A stretch of DNA of 64,000 nt from Omnitrophica WOR_2 bacterium RIFOXYA2_FULL_38_17 (GCA_001805965.1 MHHG01000024.1:1384-65383); one strand, 5' to 3'; positions 26,501-37,775 are shown, counted from the stretch's first letter. Program-made: numbers and translations. The notes: generated from the letters alone by a model not told the origin.

Positions 26501-28087
26501 TCGCCGCCGCCTCATCATGATATTTATTCAATTGAAGATCTTTCTCAGCTGATACATGATTTGAAGAATGCAAATCCGCAAGCAGATATTAGTGTTAAGC
26601 TGGTTGCTGAAATGGGAGTAGGTACCGTTGCGGCGGGAGTTTCAAAAGGCAAGGCAGATCATGTTCTAATAAGTGGTTATGAAGGAGGAACAGGAGCGTC
26701 CCCTCAAACATCGATAAAGCATGCTGGCCTTCCTATGGAATTAGGTATAGCTGAGACACAACAAGTGCTGGTCATGAACGATCTAAGAGGACGAATAAAG
26801 GTTCAGACGGATGGACAGCTAAGGACAGGAAGAGATGTTGTCATTGCCGGTATGTTCGGGGCTGATGAATTTGGTTTTGCGACGATAGCTTTAGTTTCTA
26901 TGGGATGCGTGATGTTGAGGAAATGCCATTTGAATGCATGTTCCGTCGGTATTGCAACTCAGGACCCTGAGCTTAGAAGGAATTTTAAAGGAAAAGCAGA
27001 GCATGTTGTTAATTATTTTACTTTTGTTGCGCAGGAAGTAAGAGAAATAATGGCGGAACTGGGTATAAGGAAATTTGAAGACCTTATTGGCAGGGTTGAC
27101 TATCTTGAAACGCGAGAAATTCTAGATCACTGGAAGGCAAAAGGAATTGATCTTACAGATGTTTTGCATCAGCCGGATGTACCTGACTATGTTGCAAAAA
27201 GGAACGTCGGTAAACAAGACCATGGCTTAGAGAAAGCCCTTGATCATCAATTGATTAAGCAAAGTAAGGCTGCTATAGAAGATAAGAAAGCTGTCTCTTT
27301 AGAGATGTTTATTAAAAATACGAATCGTACTGTAGGAACAATGCTGAGCCATCAAATTGCCTCCCGCTACGGGTTGGAAGGTCTTTCTGAAGATACTATA
27401 AAGGTTAAATTTACAGGCTCTGCAGGACAAAGCTTTGGAGCATTTCTTGCTAAAGGGATCACTTTCGAGCTCGAAGGAGATTCTAATGATTATGTGGGCA
27501 AAGGTCTTTCCGGAGGGAAAATTATTGTCTACCCTTCAAAGAAAGCAACTTTTATCTCACAAGACAATATCTTGATCGGAAATGTTGTTCTTTATGGAGC
27601 TATAATGGGTGAGGCTTATTTTAGAGGAATTGCAGGAGAACGTTTTTGTGTCAGAAACAGCGGAGCTAAAACCGTTGTTGAGGGAGTGGGAGATCATGGC
27701 TGTGAATATATGACCGGAGGGCGCACAGTTGTTTTAGGAAAGACAGGAAGGAATTTTGCTGCAGGAATGAGCGGTGGCGTGGCTTATGTCTGGGATCTTG
27801 ATGGAGATTTTAGTGGTAAGTGTAATATGGAAATGGTCGAGCTTTTCTCTGTCGTAAAAGAAAAAGATATTAATGAATTAAAGGGATTGATCGAGAATCA
27901 TTATAAATATACTGGTAGTATCGTTGCAAAGGGTATTCTAGATAACTGGAATGCAGCACTGCCTCAGTTCATCAAGGTTTTTCCTGTTGACTATAGAAGG
28001 GTTTTAGAAGAAGAACAGGCGAGAATGGAAGCATTATTAAAGAGCCAGGAAGTTGGAGTAGAAAATGAAGGGTGTTTTGAGGAATAA
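23534..28087 (+). CDS. gltB: Glutamate synthase large subunit
   Basis: EHDSCGVGF (Ntn Cys), HSRYSTNT, KMAQGAKPGEGGHL, CVMLRKCHLNAC 3Fe-4S motif, GXGXG repeats. Confidence 0.98.
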   Translation: MENHFYPKKQGLYDPAFEHDSCGVGFVAHLKGKKSHKIICDGIQILENLTHRGATGSDPLTGDGAGILIQMPDAFLRKECTKININLPPEGDYAIGNVFLPHILFPRNTVKKWFSQVVKEEGQEFLGWRDVPCDNKQIGRVAASAEPTIRQVIIGRGKGTSREAFDRKLYVIRKILHNKVWGSSLSQRSYCYCCSLSSKTLLYKGQLMSEQVALYYKDLADTEMVSALAMVHSRYSTNTFPSWALAQPFRMICHNGEINTLRSNFNWMRAREHKLISNVFGEDIKKIFPISEEGASDSAVFDNTFELMVLAGRPMPHVIMMMIPEAWSGHESMPEQKKAFYEYNSCLMEPWDGPASIAFTDGKSIGAVLDRNGLRPSRYLVTKDDYVVMASETGVLDIAPENVILKGRLQPGKVFLVDTEAGRIIDDTELKNEYISKKPYAKWLKENVVNLDDLPQPEKKASMDDKELFVKQKAFGYTTEFLKMLFTPMVVEGKEAIGSMGCDTPLAVLSDKPQLLYNYFKQLFAQVTNPPVDPIREEVIMAEDVMLGAEGNLLDETPQQCRRLRLKRPIITNSELLKICNLNQEGLKSVTIDAIFKLSDSSDGIEIAMEEVFKKADAAIVEGCTILVLTDRGIDKDNLAIPSLLACAGLHHHLIRAGLRTNVSIVIETGEARSMHHYALLIGYGANAINPYLVYETVKSQINQGILPDNLVYGKVIENYLKSTRQGLLKIISKMGISTIQSYCGAQIFEAVGLNRDIIGKYFTATPSRIGGIGVKELTKETIMRHMDGYPQENSLSDQLDVGGYYRWRKQGEHHQLNPETISTLQHAVRTGNYELYKKFARLCNDKETNLSAIRGLVQFKKRRSVPIEEVEPVSEIVKRFATGAMSFGSISREAHETLAIAMNQLGGFSNTGEGGEKTERFKDQRRSKVKQVAQGRFGVTIEYLTNADQLQIKMAQGAKPGEGGHLPGHKVSQEIADTRHTTPGVGLISPPPHHDIYSIEDLSQLIHDLKNANPQADISVKLVAEMGVGTVAAGVSKGKADHVLISGYEGGTGASPQTSIKHAGLPMELGIAETQQVLVMNDLRGRIKVQTDGQLRTGRDVVIAGMFGADEFGFATIALVSMGCVMLRKCHLNACSVGIATQDPELRRNFKGKAEHVVNYFTFVAQEVREIMAELGIRKFEDLIGRVDYLETREILDHWKAKGIDLTDVLHQPDVPDYVAKRNVGKQDHGLEKALDHQLIKQSKAAIEDKKAVSLEMFIKNTNRTVGTMLSHQIASRYGLEGLSEDTIKVKFTGSAGQSFGAFLAKGITFELEGDSNDYVGKGLSGGKIIVYPSKKATFISQDNILIGNVVLYGAIMGEAYFRGIAGERFCVRNSGAKTVVEGVGDHGCEYMTGGRTVVLGKTGRNFAAGMSGGVAYVWDLDGDFSGKCNMEMVELFSVVKEKDINELKGLIENHYKYTGSIVAKGILDNWNAALPQFIKVFPVDYRRVLEEEQARMEALLKSQEVGVENEGCFEE

Positions 28088-28090
28088 TAA

Positions 28091-29518
28091 ATGGGTGAAG
28101 TAAAAGGATTTTTAAAATATGGCAGAAAGGATCTGAAGAAGAAACTTGTCGAAGAGCGATTGAAGAATTGGAACGAATTCACGGAATCTTTGGCAGAGCA
28201 AGATCTTAAGAATCAAGGCGCGCGGTGTATGGATTGCGGGGTGCCTTTTTGCCATTGGGGATGCCCTGTTTCGAATATTATTCCGGATTGGAATGATCTT
28301 GTCTACCAAGGAAGATGGAAAGAAGCCCTTGACGTCTTAAGCTCAACAAATAATTTTCCTGAAGTTACAGGACGGGTCTGCCCTGCCCCATGTGAAAACT
28401 CCTGTGTTCTTGCTATCAATGACCCAGCTGTTACCATCAAGAATATTGAGGCCGCTATTGCTGAAAAAGGCTTTCAAGAGGGATGGATAAAACCAAGGCC
28501 CCCTAAGAAGCGGACAGGCAAAACAGTTGCAATTATTGGCTCTGGACCAGCAGGCTTGGCATGTGCGGACCTCTTGAACGGAAGCGGACATCAAGTGACC
28601 GTATATGAAAAAAATGAGGTTCTTGGCGGGTTGATGACCTTGGGCATACCAACATATAAGCTTGAAAAAACAGTTGTTGAAAGAAGATTGGCTATACTTG
28701 AAAAAGAAGGTATTAAATTCAAGACAAAAGTAAATATAGGTGTGAATGTATCTGCTGATGAATTGAAAAAGAAATTTGATGCGGTTGTTCTTTGTGGAGG
28801 GGCAGAGCAACCACGGGATTTGCAGGTAGATGGAAGAGATCTACAAGGTATTTATTTTGCAATGGATTTTTTAACACAGCAGACAAGGGTGAACTTAGGT
28901 TTTAAAATAGACAAAGAGAACAGAATAGATGTAAAGGGTAAAAAGGTTGTTATTCTTGGTGGAGGAGATACGGGTTCTGATTGTATTGGGACAGCTAATA
29001 GACAAGGAGCAGCATCAGTAACGCAGTTTGAACTTCTTCCAGAGCCGCCCAAAGAAAGAGATGCTGATAATCCCTGGCCCCAGTGGGCTGCAATAAAAAG
29101 GGTTTCTACCTCTCAGGAAGAAGGCTGTGATGTTCATTATTGTGTCATGACAAAAAACTTCATTGGAGAGGGTGGAAAGCTTAAGAAATTAAAGGCGGTT
29201 AGAGTGGCGTTTGGGGCAAAAGATCCAGAAACGGGCAGAAGTCCGATGAAGGAAGTTGAAGGATCTGAGTTTGAAATTGATTGTGATTATGTTTTTTTGG
29301 CCATGGGATTTTTGGGACCATGCAAAGAGGGGATGATCAAAGAGCTTGGGGTCGCGCTTGATGCAAGGGGTAATATTAAGACGGATATTACTTATATGTC
29401 AAGTATTGAAGGTGTGTTTTCTGCAGGGGATATGAGAACAGGGCAATCATTGGTTGTAAGGGCTATTGATGAAGGGCGCAATGCAGCTTTGTCAGTGCAT
29501 AAATGGCTGAGCAAATAG
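28091..29518 (+). CDS. gltD: Glutamate synthase small subunit
   Basis: RCMDCGVPFCHWGCP, GRVCPAPCE, GSGPAG, GGGDTGSDC. Confidence 0.97.
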   Translation: MGEVKGFLKYGRKDLKKKLVEERLKNWNEFTESLAEQDLKNQGARCMDCGVPFCHWGCPVSNIIPDWNDLVYQGRWKEALDVLSSTNNFPEVTGRVCPAPCENSCVLAINDPAVTIKNIEAAIAEKGFQEGWIKPRPPKKRTGKTVAIIGSGPAGLACADLLNGSGHQVTVYEKNEVLGGLMTLGIPTYKLEKTVVERRLAILEKEGIKFKTKVNIGVNVSADELKKKFDAVVLCGGAEQPRDLQVDGRDLQGIYFAMDFLTQQTRVNLGFKIDKENRIDVKGKKVVILGGGDTGSDCIGTANRQGAASVTQFELLPEPPKERDADNPWPQWAAIKRVSTSQEEGCDVHYCVMTKNFIGEGGKLKKLKAVRVAFGAKDPETGRSPMKEVEGSEFEIDCDYVFLAMGFLGPCKEGMIKELGVALDARGNIKTDITYMSSIEGVFSAGDMRTGQSLVVRAIDEGRNAALSVHKWLSK

Positions 29519-29653
29519 AGCTTTAGGTCAGGATTTGAGCCTTTATTTTCCAGGATAAACTATTTTTAAAAAGTAAAGGCAATAATCCTTGAGAAACCGA
29601 TAAGCTATTGTATAATAGTTTCATAATATTAATAATATTTAAGAGGAGTTTAT

Positions 29654-30118
29654 ATGAAAAGATTTATGCTCGTAGTTGCCGCAGTCGTGTTTTTAATTGG
29701 TTGTGGGCCAAAGCCCGAGCAAGCTGTAAAAAAAACAAACAGTAAAGAATATATTGATGCAGGAATGAACTATCTTAAGCAGGGAGATGTCGTTAATGCT
29801 ATTAAGAATTTTGACACAGCCATAAAAGTAGACCCAAGAAATCCTGAGAACTATATTGTTTTAGGGCAAGTTTATCTTAGGCTTAAGAATTATCAGTCCG
29901 CTATTGATACGTTGTCTGCAGCAACAAAGGTCGCGCCGAACAGCGGAGAGGCGTATTATTTTTTAGCGACGAGCAGAATGATGAGGCAGAATCCAGGGGA
30001 TAAAGAACAAGCTATTGAAGATGCAAAAATGAGCGCAGAAATATTTTTGAGAAATAATGATAAAGAGAGATTACAGAAGGCGATTGCTTTAGTCCAGAGT
30101 TTTTCGCAAGTTCAATAA
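29654..30118 (+). CDS. TPR-repeat lipoprotein
   Basis: Lipobox LIGC followed by 2-3 TPR motifs. Confidence 0.8.
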   Translation: MKRFMLVVAAVVFLIGCGPKPEQAVKKTNSKEYIDAGMNYLKQGDVVNAIKNFDTAIKVDPRNPENYIVLGQVYLRLKNYQSAIDTLSAATKVAPNSGEAYYFLATSRMMRQNPGDKEQAIEDAKMSAEIFLRNNDKERLQKAIALVQSFSQVQ

Positions 30119-30136
30119 GTTTGGTTTTCTATCTTC

Positions 30137-30808
30137 ATGTTCCAAGTAAGAGATAATATAAGATTTTACAGTATCAAAGCAATGCTTGAAAAAGCTGTTT
30201 TGTTATCTTTGTTAATGCTTTTTGAAACGAGTGTTTTTACTCAAGAATCTATGGCAAGCGGCGCTATATCTCAAGGAAAGCAAGCGCAACAGGCAGCTCA
30301 GCAGCAGGCAGCCCAGCAAATCTTGGCTCAGCAAGCTGCACAGGAGATTGCTCAGCAACAAGCTCAAGGACAAGTGCCAGCAATTCAGGAGCCGCAATAT
30401 AAAAGCAGAGCGCAAAAGTCTAGAACACTAAGAAGAGAAGTTGATGATTTAAAGGCGCATGAGATAGTTGATATTTATGAGGTTTGGGAGCAGATGGAAC
30501 GCTCAACTGAGGTCTGGGCATTGATAATGGATTATGCTCCCAAAGAAGTTACGGTTTCCAGGTATATCAGATTGTATGCAGAAGGCGGCATATATATTAG
30601 AAAATCTTCTAGTCATTATGTAAAGTTAATAGATTCCATGGCTAAGGAAAGTCCGGACCTTTTAAAAAGTCCATTTCGGGAAGTTTTAAGATTTATAGCT
30701 ATTATGGAATATGATTTTGATAATGGGCAGGACAGAGATAAATTGGCCTTGCAGGCTTTGGGCCAAAAATTATACGAAGATAATAGGATTAGACTGGGTA
30801 TTGAGTAA
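30137..30808 (+). CDS. Hypothetical exported protein with Gln/Ala-rich segment
   Basis: Hydrophobic N-terminal stretch, QQAAQQQAAQQ low-complexity tract, globular C-terminus; start uncertain. Confidence 0.6.
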   Translation: MFQVRDNIRFYSIKAMLEKAVLLSLLMLFETSVFTQESMASGAISQGKQAQQAAQQQAAQQILAQQAAQEIAQQQAQGQVPAIQEPQYKSRAQKSRTLRREVDDLKAHEIVDIYEVWEQMERSTEVWALIMDYAPKEVTVSRYIRLYAEGGIYIRKSSSHYVKLIDSMAKESPDLLKSPFREVLRFIAIMEYDFDNGQDRDKLALQALGQKLYEDNRIRLGIE

Positions 30809-30847
30809 GAATGAATTAAGAATAAATCTGATAAGATTGGATAGCAA

Positions 30848-31630
30848 ATGATAAAAAGGATCTTAATAGTTGATGATGCACCAGTTACTCTGACAATGGC
30901 TAAACAGCAGGCAGAAAAAGAAGGCTATGTTGTTTATGTCGCAGGCAATGGCAAAGAAGGCCTTAAAATAGTCAGGAGTAAAAAAATTGATCTTGTCATT
31001 ACTGATGTTGTGATGCCTGTTATGGATGGTGTAGATTTCTTTAATGCCCTGAAGAGTGACCCGAGCACAATGCATATTCCTGTCATAGTTATTACTGATA
31101 GCATGGTCATTCAGGAATCCTTCCGTGCCCTTGGTGTTAATGATTTTTTAGCCAAGCCTTTTGATGGAAGCGTACTGATCGAGAGAATCCAAAGGATCAA
31201 GAAATTGGAATTAGGCCCCCACAGGCATGGAAAAGTTGTAATTATTGGTGCTGGTACTAATGATGGTGTTTTGGAAATGAGGCGGTTGCTTGAGAAAAAT
31301 GGTTGCTCTGTGGTTCTTTCTAGCAATGGTGTTGATTCAATTGCTAAGGTGCTAAGAGTTGTTCCCCATATTGTTTTGATCGATGTTATGTTGACAGATG
31401 TTTCCGCAAAAGAAGTTATCAAAGCGTTAAGAAGCTTTATTAAACTGCAGGATATGAAAATTCTTGTGTATACTTTTCTTTCTCCAGAGAAAATGTTCAA
31501 TGTTGAAGCGGTTGAACAACTAAAAGATTCAAAAAATGCTTGTATGGATGCAGGCGGAACAGACTATATTGGCAGATTCTCAGCACTAACTTTCATTGAT
31601 AGCATGCATAAATATTGGATTCATGAGTAA
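30848..31630 (+). CDS. Response regulator with two tandem receiver domains
   Basis: ILIVDD...ITDVVMPVMDG...AKPF, then a degenerate second REC (VLIDVML); no output domain. Confidence 0.8.
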   Translation: MIKRILIVDDAPVTLTMAKQQAEKEGYVVYVAGNGKEGLKIVRSKKIDLVITDVVMPVMDGVDFFNALKSDPSTMHIPVIVITDSMVIQESFRALGVNDFLAKPFDGSVLIERIQRIKKLELGPHRHGKVVIIGAGTNDGVLEMRRLLEKNGCSVVLSSNGVDSIAKVLRVVPHIVLIDVMLTDVSAKEVIKALRSFIKLQDMKILVYTFLSPEKMFNVEAVEQLKDSKNACMDAGGTDYIGRFSALTFIDSMHKYWIHE

Positions 31631-31820
31631 ACCCGCTCATCTTGAATATTAGTGCGATCACAAGCATTTCTTTTCTTTTTGTTTTAAAAATCACACGACA
31701 TATAAGATATTTGCAAAAAAAAGGCTTATTTGTGCCTTTTACGTAATCAATATCGGTATTTTCTTGCATTATAATAAGATTATTATTATGATTATAGTAA
31801 TAGCGAGCAGGCATTATCTC

Positions 31821-31849
31821 TTGACAAATCATGGTAAAAAATGTATTAT
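31821..31849 (+). promoter_or_regulatory. Sigma70-type promoter of carA-carB-purF-pyrG
   Basis: TTGACA, 17 bp spacer, TATTAT. Confidence 0.7.
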
Positions 31850-31952
31850 TCTGCCCGTGAAAGAGGTTAATTAAATATTCTGTTGAGTTGTAGTACAGAT
31901 AAAATAAATAGACTTTAAGTTTTCATTCCAAGCCCCACATAGCAAACATTAA

Positions 31953-33065
31953 ATGAAAAAAGCAATACTATTTTTAGAAGATGGAAGATATTTTTATGGC
32001 CAGGCTTTGTCAGCTACAGGTGACACATCTGGTGAAGTAGTGTTCAATACTTCAATGACAGGATATCAGGAGATCTTGACTGATCCTTCATATGCCGGTC
32101 AGATCGTGGCGATGACATATCCTCTGATAGGGAACTATGGAGTTAATGAAGAGGATGTTGAGTCAAATAAGATACATTTAAAAGGATTTGTTGTTAAGGA
32201 GTTTTGCCGACGCCATTCAAATTTTAGAGCCACAAAAAGCCTCATTGATTATCTTGATGAAAACAAGATCATTGCTATAGAAGGTATAGATACGCGGGCT
32301 TTAACTCGCCATATCCGTGAAAAAGGCGCAATGAAAGCATTGATCTCAACGGAAGATCTTGACTTGAAGAGCCTTCAGGGAAAGGTAAATAAAGCCCCGT
32401 CAATGGAAGGCAGTGATTGGGTTGAAAAAGTATCAGTTCAAGAGAAATATGTTTGGAAGGGCGAGGAAAGAACTGAAATTAAATACAAGGTCGCAGCAAT
32501 AGATTGCGGTATCAAATTCAATATATTGCGCATTCTTTCACGATTAGGCTGTGAAGTGCATGTTTTTCCTGCCAAAACATCCGCAAAGGAATTGCTGGCT
32601 ATTAAGCCAGATGGGCTTTTTGTATCTAACGGTCCTGGAGACCCTGCCGCAGTTACATATGTTATTGAAACTTTGAAACAATTATTCGGCAAGATTCCTA
32701 TCTTTGGTATTTGTTTAGGACATCAGATGTTAGGGCTGGCTTTAGGGGGAAAGACGTTTAAGCTCAAATTTGGCCATCACGGAGCTAATCATCCTGTTAA
32801 GCATTTAATGGATGGGAGAATTGGAATAACCTCGCAGAATCACGGGTTCTGTGTTGATATAGATAGTATTAAAGAGGGAGATATTGAGATCGTTGATATC
32901 AATCTAAATGACAATACAGCTGAAGGTTTGAGGCACAAGAAATATCCTATAATATCCTTTCAGCACCATCCGGAGGCAGCTCCTGGGCCGCACGACGTAC
33001 AATATCTCTTTAAGTATTTTATTGAAATGATCGAAGAAAGCAAAAAAGCAGGCAAGCATGCCTAA
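31953..33065 (+). CDS. carA: Carbamoyl-phosphate synthase small subunit
   Basis: [43 protein letters not shown]. Confidence 0.98.
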   Translation: MKKAILFLEDGRYFYGQALSATGDTSGEVVFNTSMTGYQEILTDPSYAGQIVAMTYPLIGNYGVNEEDVESNKIHLKGFVVKEFCRRHSNFRATKSLIDYLDENKIIAIEGIDTRALTRHIREKGAMKALISTEDLDLKSLQGKVNKAPSMEGSDWVEKVSVQEKYVWKGEERTEIKYKVAAIDCGIKFNILRILSRLGCEVHVFPAKTSAKELLAIKPDGLFVSNGPGDPAAVTYVIETLKQLFGKIPIFGICLGHQMLGLALGGKTFKLKFGHHGANHPVKHLMDGRIGITSQNHGFCVDIDSIKEGDIEIVDINLNDNTAEGLRHKKYPIISFQHHPEAAPGPHDVQYLFKYFIEMIEESKKAGKHA

Positions 33066-36000
33066 AAGAACAGATATTAAAAAAATATTGATTATTGGCT
33101 CCGGCCCTATTGTGATCGGCCAGGCCTGTGAATTTGACTATTCAGGAACCCAAGCTTGTCGTGTATTGAAGGAAGAGGGCTTTGAAATAGTTCTTGTTAA
33201 TTCAAACCCTGCGACTATCATGACTGATCCCGAGATCGCTGATCAGACATATATTGAGCCCCTGACGCCAGAGTTTGTCGAATATGTTATTGAGAAAGAG
33301 CGCCCATGTGCTATCTTGCCTACGCTTGGAGGGCAGACTGCTTTAAATATTGCAATGAAGCTTTATGAAAACAAGGTCCTGGAAAAGTATAATGTGAAAA
33401 TGCTTGGAGCTGATTATGATGTTATCAAAAAGGCTGAGGACAGGCAGTGTTTTAAAGAAGCGATTTTAAAGATCGGGCTAGAGGTACCTGAGAGTGAATT
33501 TGCTTATTCTATGGAAGAAGCAAGAGTTGCAGTAAAGAAAATAGGATATCCTGTGATCATACGTCCCAGCTATACTTTAGGTGGAACAGGTGGCGGGTTT
33601 GCTCACAATGATAAGGAATTTGAGAAAATTGCTTCTTTGGGTCTGGAGAGCAGCATGAACAGCGAGATCATTATTGAGGAATCTATTGTCGGATGGAAAG
33701 AGTATGAGCTTGAGGTCATGAGAGACAATAAAGATAATGTTGTTATTGTCTGCTCAATTGAGAATCTAGACCCTATGGGGGTCCATACTGGCGATAGTAT
33801 TACAGTTGCTCCGGCCCAGACATTGACAGATAAAGAATATCAAATCATGAGAAATGCATCATTAGCGATCATTCGAGAGATAGGCGTTGAGACTGGAGGG
33901 TCCAATATTCAGTTTGCTATCGATCCTACTAACGGCAGGATGATCGTTATTGAAATGAACCCAAGAGTATCGAGAAGTTCAGCCCTGGCAAGTAAGGCGA
34001 CAGGCTTTCCTATCGCGAAGTTTGCTGCAAAGCTTGCTGTAGGCTACTCATTGGATGAAATCCAAAACGACATTACAAGGGAGACACCGGCATCATTTGA
34101 GCCAACGATCGATTACTGCGTTGTAAAAGCGCCGCGCTTTACATTTGAGAAATTCCCCGAGGCGAAAGACATTTTAGGCGTACAGATGAAGTCTGTTGGC
34201 GAAACAATGGCCATTGGAAGGACTTTCAAAGAAGCGCTACAGAAGAGCTTAAGAGGGCTTGAGATAGGCCATATAGGATTTGATAACAAATTAGATTTTA
34301 ATGATATTCCTGACGAAAAAATTGAAACACGTTTAAAAGAACCTAATGCTTCAAGGATATTTTATATTAAGTATGCCCTTCAAAAAGGCTGGAGTATCGA
34401 GAGGATCTTTGATCTAAGCAAGATAGACTGCTGGTTCCTTGCGCATATGGAGCAGATCTTTAATCTTGAAAAAGAAATAGTTACAACGATCGAGAAAGAA
34501 AAGGATGTTCCGGACGACCTTCTTCGCAAAGCAAAGGAATACGGATTTAGTGATGCACAGCTGTCAAAAATGCTAGGGATCACAGAGGTTGAATTTAGAG
34601 CGAAAAGAAAAGAAAAAGGCATTATTGCAACTTTCAAATTAGTTGATACTTGCGCTGCCGAGTTTGAAGCATATACTCCTTATTTTTACTCGACTTATGA
34701 GACCGAAGATGAAGCTTGTTTACAGATTGCAAAATTTGACAAGGAAAAAGCCTGCCTGCCGGGAGCCAGTGTGGGGAAAAGGAAAAGAATAATGATCCTT
34801 GGCGGAGGGCCGAACAGGATAGGGCAAGGCATTGAATTTGACTATTGTTGCTGTCACGCATCTTTTGCTCTCGGGGAAATGGGTTATGACACTATTATGG
34901 TGAACTCTAATCCGGAGACTGTTTCTACTGACTATGATATTTCAGACAGGCTTTATTTTGAGCCTCTTACATTTGAAGATGTGATGAATATAGTTGATGT
35001 TGAGAATCCCGACGGTGTCATTGTTCAGTTCGGGGGGCAAACCCCGCTGAATTTAGCCAAGAGATTGAGCGACGCAGGCGTTCCTATTATCGGAACAAGT
35101 GTTGAGTCTATTGATCTCGCTGAAGATAGGGAAAAATTTTCCAAGCTGATCAAAGAGCTTGGTTTGATACAGCCGGAAAATGGTTTTGCTAATTCTGCTG
35201 AAGAGGCTGTTGAGGTCGCAAAAAAAATCGGATATCCGGTTTTAGCCAGGCCATCATATGTTCTGGGTGGTAGGGCAATGAAAATAGTTTATTCTAAAGA
35301 GGGCTTACTGTCTTTTGTCGAAGAGGCCAAAGAGGTCTCGCAAGGGCATCCAATACTTATTGATAAATTTATTGAAGATGCTGTGGAAGTGGATGTTGAT
35401 GCGATGTCTGATGGTAATGATACGTTTGTGGCAGGCATTATGGAGCATATAGAGAACGCAGGTATACATTCCGGTGATTCTGCGTGTGTTCTTCCTCCGG
35501 CCACGATCAGTGAGATAATGGTCCAGCAGATCAGAGAAGAAACAAGAAGGATCGCAAAGGCTTTAAATGTCATCGGACTTTTGAATATTCAGTTCGCCAT
35601 AAAAGGACGAAGGCTCTATGTTCTTGAGGTTAATCCCAGAGCATCTAGAACAGTGCCCTTTGTAAGCAAGGCTACAGGAATGCAGTTAGCGAAGATGGCT
35701 GCTCAAATAATGGTGGGAGAGCCATTAAGTAAATTTAATTTGTCGTACGATAAACTTGATAACATGAAACATTTTTCTGTAAAAGAGTCGGTGCTGCCTT
35801 TCTCTAAGTTCTCGGGTGTAGATATTGTGTTGGGCCCTGAAATGAAATCTACAGGTGAGGTTATGGGTATTGCAGCTACTTTTGGTGAAGCGTATGCAAA
35901 ATCCCAAACTAGTGCTTATCAAGAGCTGCCTCAGAAAGGAAAGATTTTTATAAGTGTCAATGACGAGGATAAAAGAGCGATCGTCTTTATGGCAAAAAGA

Positions 36001-36342
36001 CTTGCTGATTTGGGATTTTCTATTGTTTCTACTCGGGGAACAGCAAAGGTTTTGCGCTCAAATGGTGTAGAGACCGAAGAAGTTGCCCGTTACGATCAGG
36101 GAGCAAAGAATTCTTTGAATACAATGAGGTTGTTGGAAAATAACGAGATCAAGCTGATCATTAATACGCCATCAGGCCAAAGAAGCCAGTCTGATATGAG
36201 GTCAATCCGGGCTGCGGCAAATCTTCACAATGTTCCGTGCATTACAACTTTGCAGGGAGCATGGGCCGCTATAAACGGGATAGAGTCTCGCAAGATAAAA
36301 AAATTCTCAGTTCAGTCTTTGCAGCAGTATTATATTGGTTGA
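33058..36342 (+). CDS. carB: Carbamoyl-phosphate synthase large subunit
   Basis: [30 protein letters not shown], duplicated ATP-grasp halves, MGS domain. Confidence 0.98.
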   Translation: MPKRTDIKKILIIGSGPIVIGQACEFDYSGTQACRVLKEEGFEIVLVNSNPATIMTDPEIADQTYIEPLTPEFVEYVIEKERPCAILPTLGGQTALNIAMKLYENKVLEKYNVKMLGADYDVIKKAEDRQCFKEAILKIGLEVPESEFAYSMEEARVAVKKIGYPVIIRPSYTLGGTGGGFAHNDKEFEKIASLGLESSMNSEIIIEESIVGWKEYELEVMRDNKDNVVIVCSIENLDPMGVHTGDSITVAPAQTLTDKEYQIMRNASLAIIREIGVETGGSNIQFAIDPTNGRMIVIEMNPRVSRSSALASKATGFPIAKFAAKLAVGYSLDEIQNDITRETPASFEPTIDYCVVKAPRFTFEKFPEAKDILGVQMKSVGETMAIGRTFKEALQKSLRGLEIGHIGFDNKLDFNDIPDEKIETRLKEPNASRIFYIKYALQKGWSIERIFDLSKIDCWFLAHMEQIFNLEKEIVTTIEKEKDVPDDLLRKAKEYGFSDAQLSKMLGITEVEFRAKRKEKGIIATFKLVDTCAAEFEAYTPYFYSTYETEDEACLQIAKFDKEKACLPGASVGKRKRIMILGGGPNRIGQGIEFDYCCCHASFALGEMGYDTIMVNSNPETVSTDYDISDRLYFEPLTFEDVMNIVDVENPDGVIVQFGGQTPLNLAKRLSDAGVPIIGTSVESIDLAEDREKFSKLIKELGLIQPENGFANSAEEAVEVAKKIGYPVLARPSYVLGGRAMKIVYSKEGLLSFVEEAKEVSQGHPILIDKFIEDAVEVDVDAMSDGNDTFVAGIMEHIENAGIHSGDSACVLPPATISEIMVQQIREETRRIAKALNVIGLLNIQFAIKGRRLYVLEVNPRASRTVPFVSKATGMQLAKMAAQIMVGEPLSKFNLSYDKLDNMKHFSVKESVLPFSKFSGVDIVLGPEMKSTGEVMGIAATFGEAYAKSQTSAYQELPQKGKIFISVNDEDKRAIVFMAKRLADLGFSIVSTRGTAKVLRSNGVETEEVARYDQGAKNSLNTMRLLENNEIKLIINTPSGQRSQSDMRSIRAAANLHNVPCITTLQGAWAAINGIESRKIKKFSVQSLQQYYIG
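34751..34770. repeat. Degenerate 20-bp palindrome inserted in-frame in the carB linker
   Basis: CCTGCCTGCCGGGAGCCAGT, 17/20 to the palindrome CCTGCCTGCCGGCAGGCAGG; related copy at 50685-50704. Confidence 0.5.
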
Positions 36343-36404
36343 AATAAATAATTAGGTTTAATGTTTTGTTTCTTCAGTATTTAGAGCGTTGAAAGGAATT
36401 ATAT

Positions 36405-37775
36405 ATGTGTGGTATTATCGGAGTTTCTAATATTGAGAATGCATCCAGGGTTGCTATGCTGGGCCTGCATGCGTTGCAGCATAGAGGAGAAGAAGCTGCC
36501 GGAATAGCTTCTTATGACGGGCAAAATGTCCATATAATAAAAAATACCGGGCTGGTTGATGATGCTATTAGCGCTATTCAAGTAGCAGAGCTAAAAGGCT
36601 CAACTGCTGTAGGCCATTGCCGTTATTCTACAACCGGGTCCAGCAATTATAAGAATATCCAGCCGTTCTTGGTTACGCATAAAAAGAAACGCATTGCAGT
36701 GGCTCATAACGGGAACTTAACTAACACTGAAGAGCTTTATAAGAAACTAGAAGAAGAAGGTTCTATTTTTCAGACAACCATGGATTCAGAGATCATCGTG
36801 CACCTTTTAGTTAAAACAAAGAACGGGGACCTCAAGCAATGGTTCTCAAATGTGTTAAGCCAGCTGCAAGGTGCTTTTTCTTTGATATTTTTGATCGAAG
36901 ATACGATAGTCGGAGCACGTGATAGAAATGGTTTTAGGCCATTATCGATCGGCAAGCTTGATGGAAAGTATATTTTGGCGAGCGAAAGTTGCGCTCTTGA
37001 TCTTTTGCAGGCAGAATTTGTTCGTGAAGTTGAGCCTGGAGAGATCGTGATAGTTAAGGGGGATAAGCTTGAATCAGTCTTTATGCCTGGCACAAAAGAG
37101 GCAAAAAGATCTTACTGTATATTTGAAAATATTTATTTTGCGCGTCCTGACAGCGATATTTTTCACGATAATGTTTATCAGGTAAGAAAGAGGCTGGGTG
37201 CTCAACTGGCAAAAGAACATCCTGCAGATGCTGATTTTGTCATGGCAATACCCGATTCAGGCAACTATGCGGCTTTAGGTTATGCCAATGAGATGAAAAT
37301 GCCTTTTGAAGTTGGGATAATCCGTAATCACTATGTTGGAAGAACATTTATTCAGCCAACGCAGCTAATGAGGGATTTTAGAGTACGTGTTAAGCTTAAT
37401 CCGATCAGAAGCGTGCTTAAAGACAAAAAGATCATTGTTGTTGAAGACTCGATTGTCAGAGGAACAACATCAAGAAGCCGTATTGAAGCATTACGAAGAG
37501 CAGGAGCAAAAGAGATACACATGAGGATCAGCTGTCCGCCTATTAAATGGCCGTGTTTTTATGGTATTGATTTTCCAAGCAAAAATGAATTGATCGCCTC
37601 AAACAAAAAAGTAAAAGAGATCGCGGATTTTATTAAAGTTGATTCATTGGAATATTTAAGCTTAGAGGGGATGTTATCAGTTATGAACGAATCAGGGAAT
37701 TTCTGTGATGCGTGCTTTACCGGAAATTATCCGGTAGCCATTCCAACAAACAAAAGCAAATATCTTTTGGAATGA
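36405..37775 (+). CDS. purF: Amidophosphoribosyltransferase
   Basis: N-terminal MCG, LQHRGEE, YFARPDS, VEDSIVRGTTS, CDACFTGNYP. Confidence 0.98.
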   Translation: MCGIIGVSNIENASRVAMLGLHALQHRGEEAAGIASYDGQNVHIIKNTGLVDDAISAIQVAELKGSTAVGHCRYSTTGSSNYKNIQPFLVTHKKKRIAVAHNGNLTNTEELYKKLEEEGSIFQTTMDSEIIVHLLVKTKNGDLKQWFSNVLSQLQGAFSLIFLIEDTIVGARDRNGFRPLSIGKLDGKYILASESCALDLLQAEFVREVEPGEIVIVKGDKLESVFMPGTKEAKRSYCIFENIYFARPDSDIFHDNVYQVRKRLGAQLAKEHPADADFVMAIPDSGNYAALGYANEMKMPFEVGIIRNHYVGRTFIQPTQLMRDFRVRVKLNPIRSVLKDKKIIVVEDSIVRGTTSRSRIEALRRAGAKEIHMRISCPPIKWPCFYGIDFPSKNELIASNKKVKEIADFIKVDSLEYLSLEGMLSVMNESGNFCDACFTGNYPVAIPTNKSKYLLE

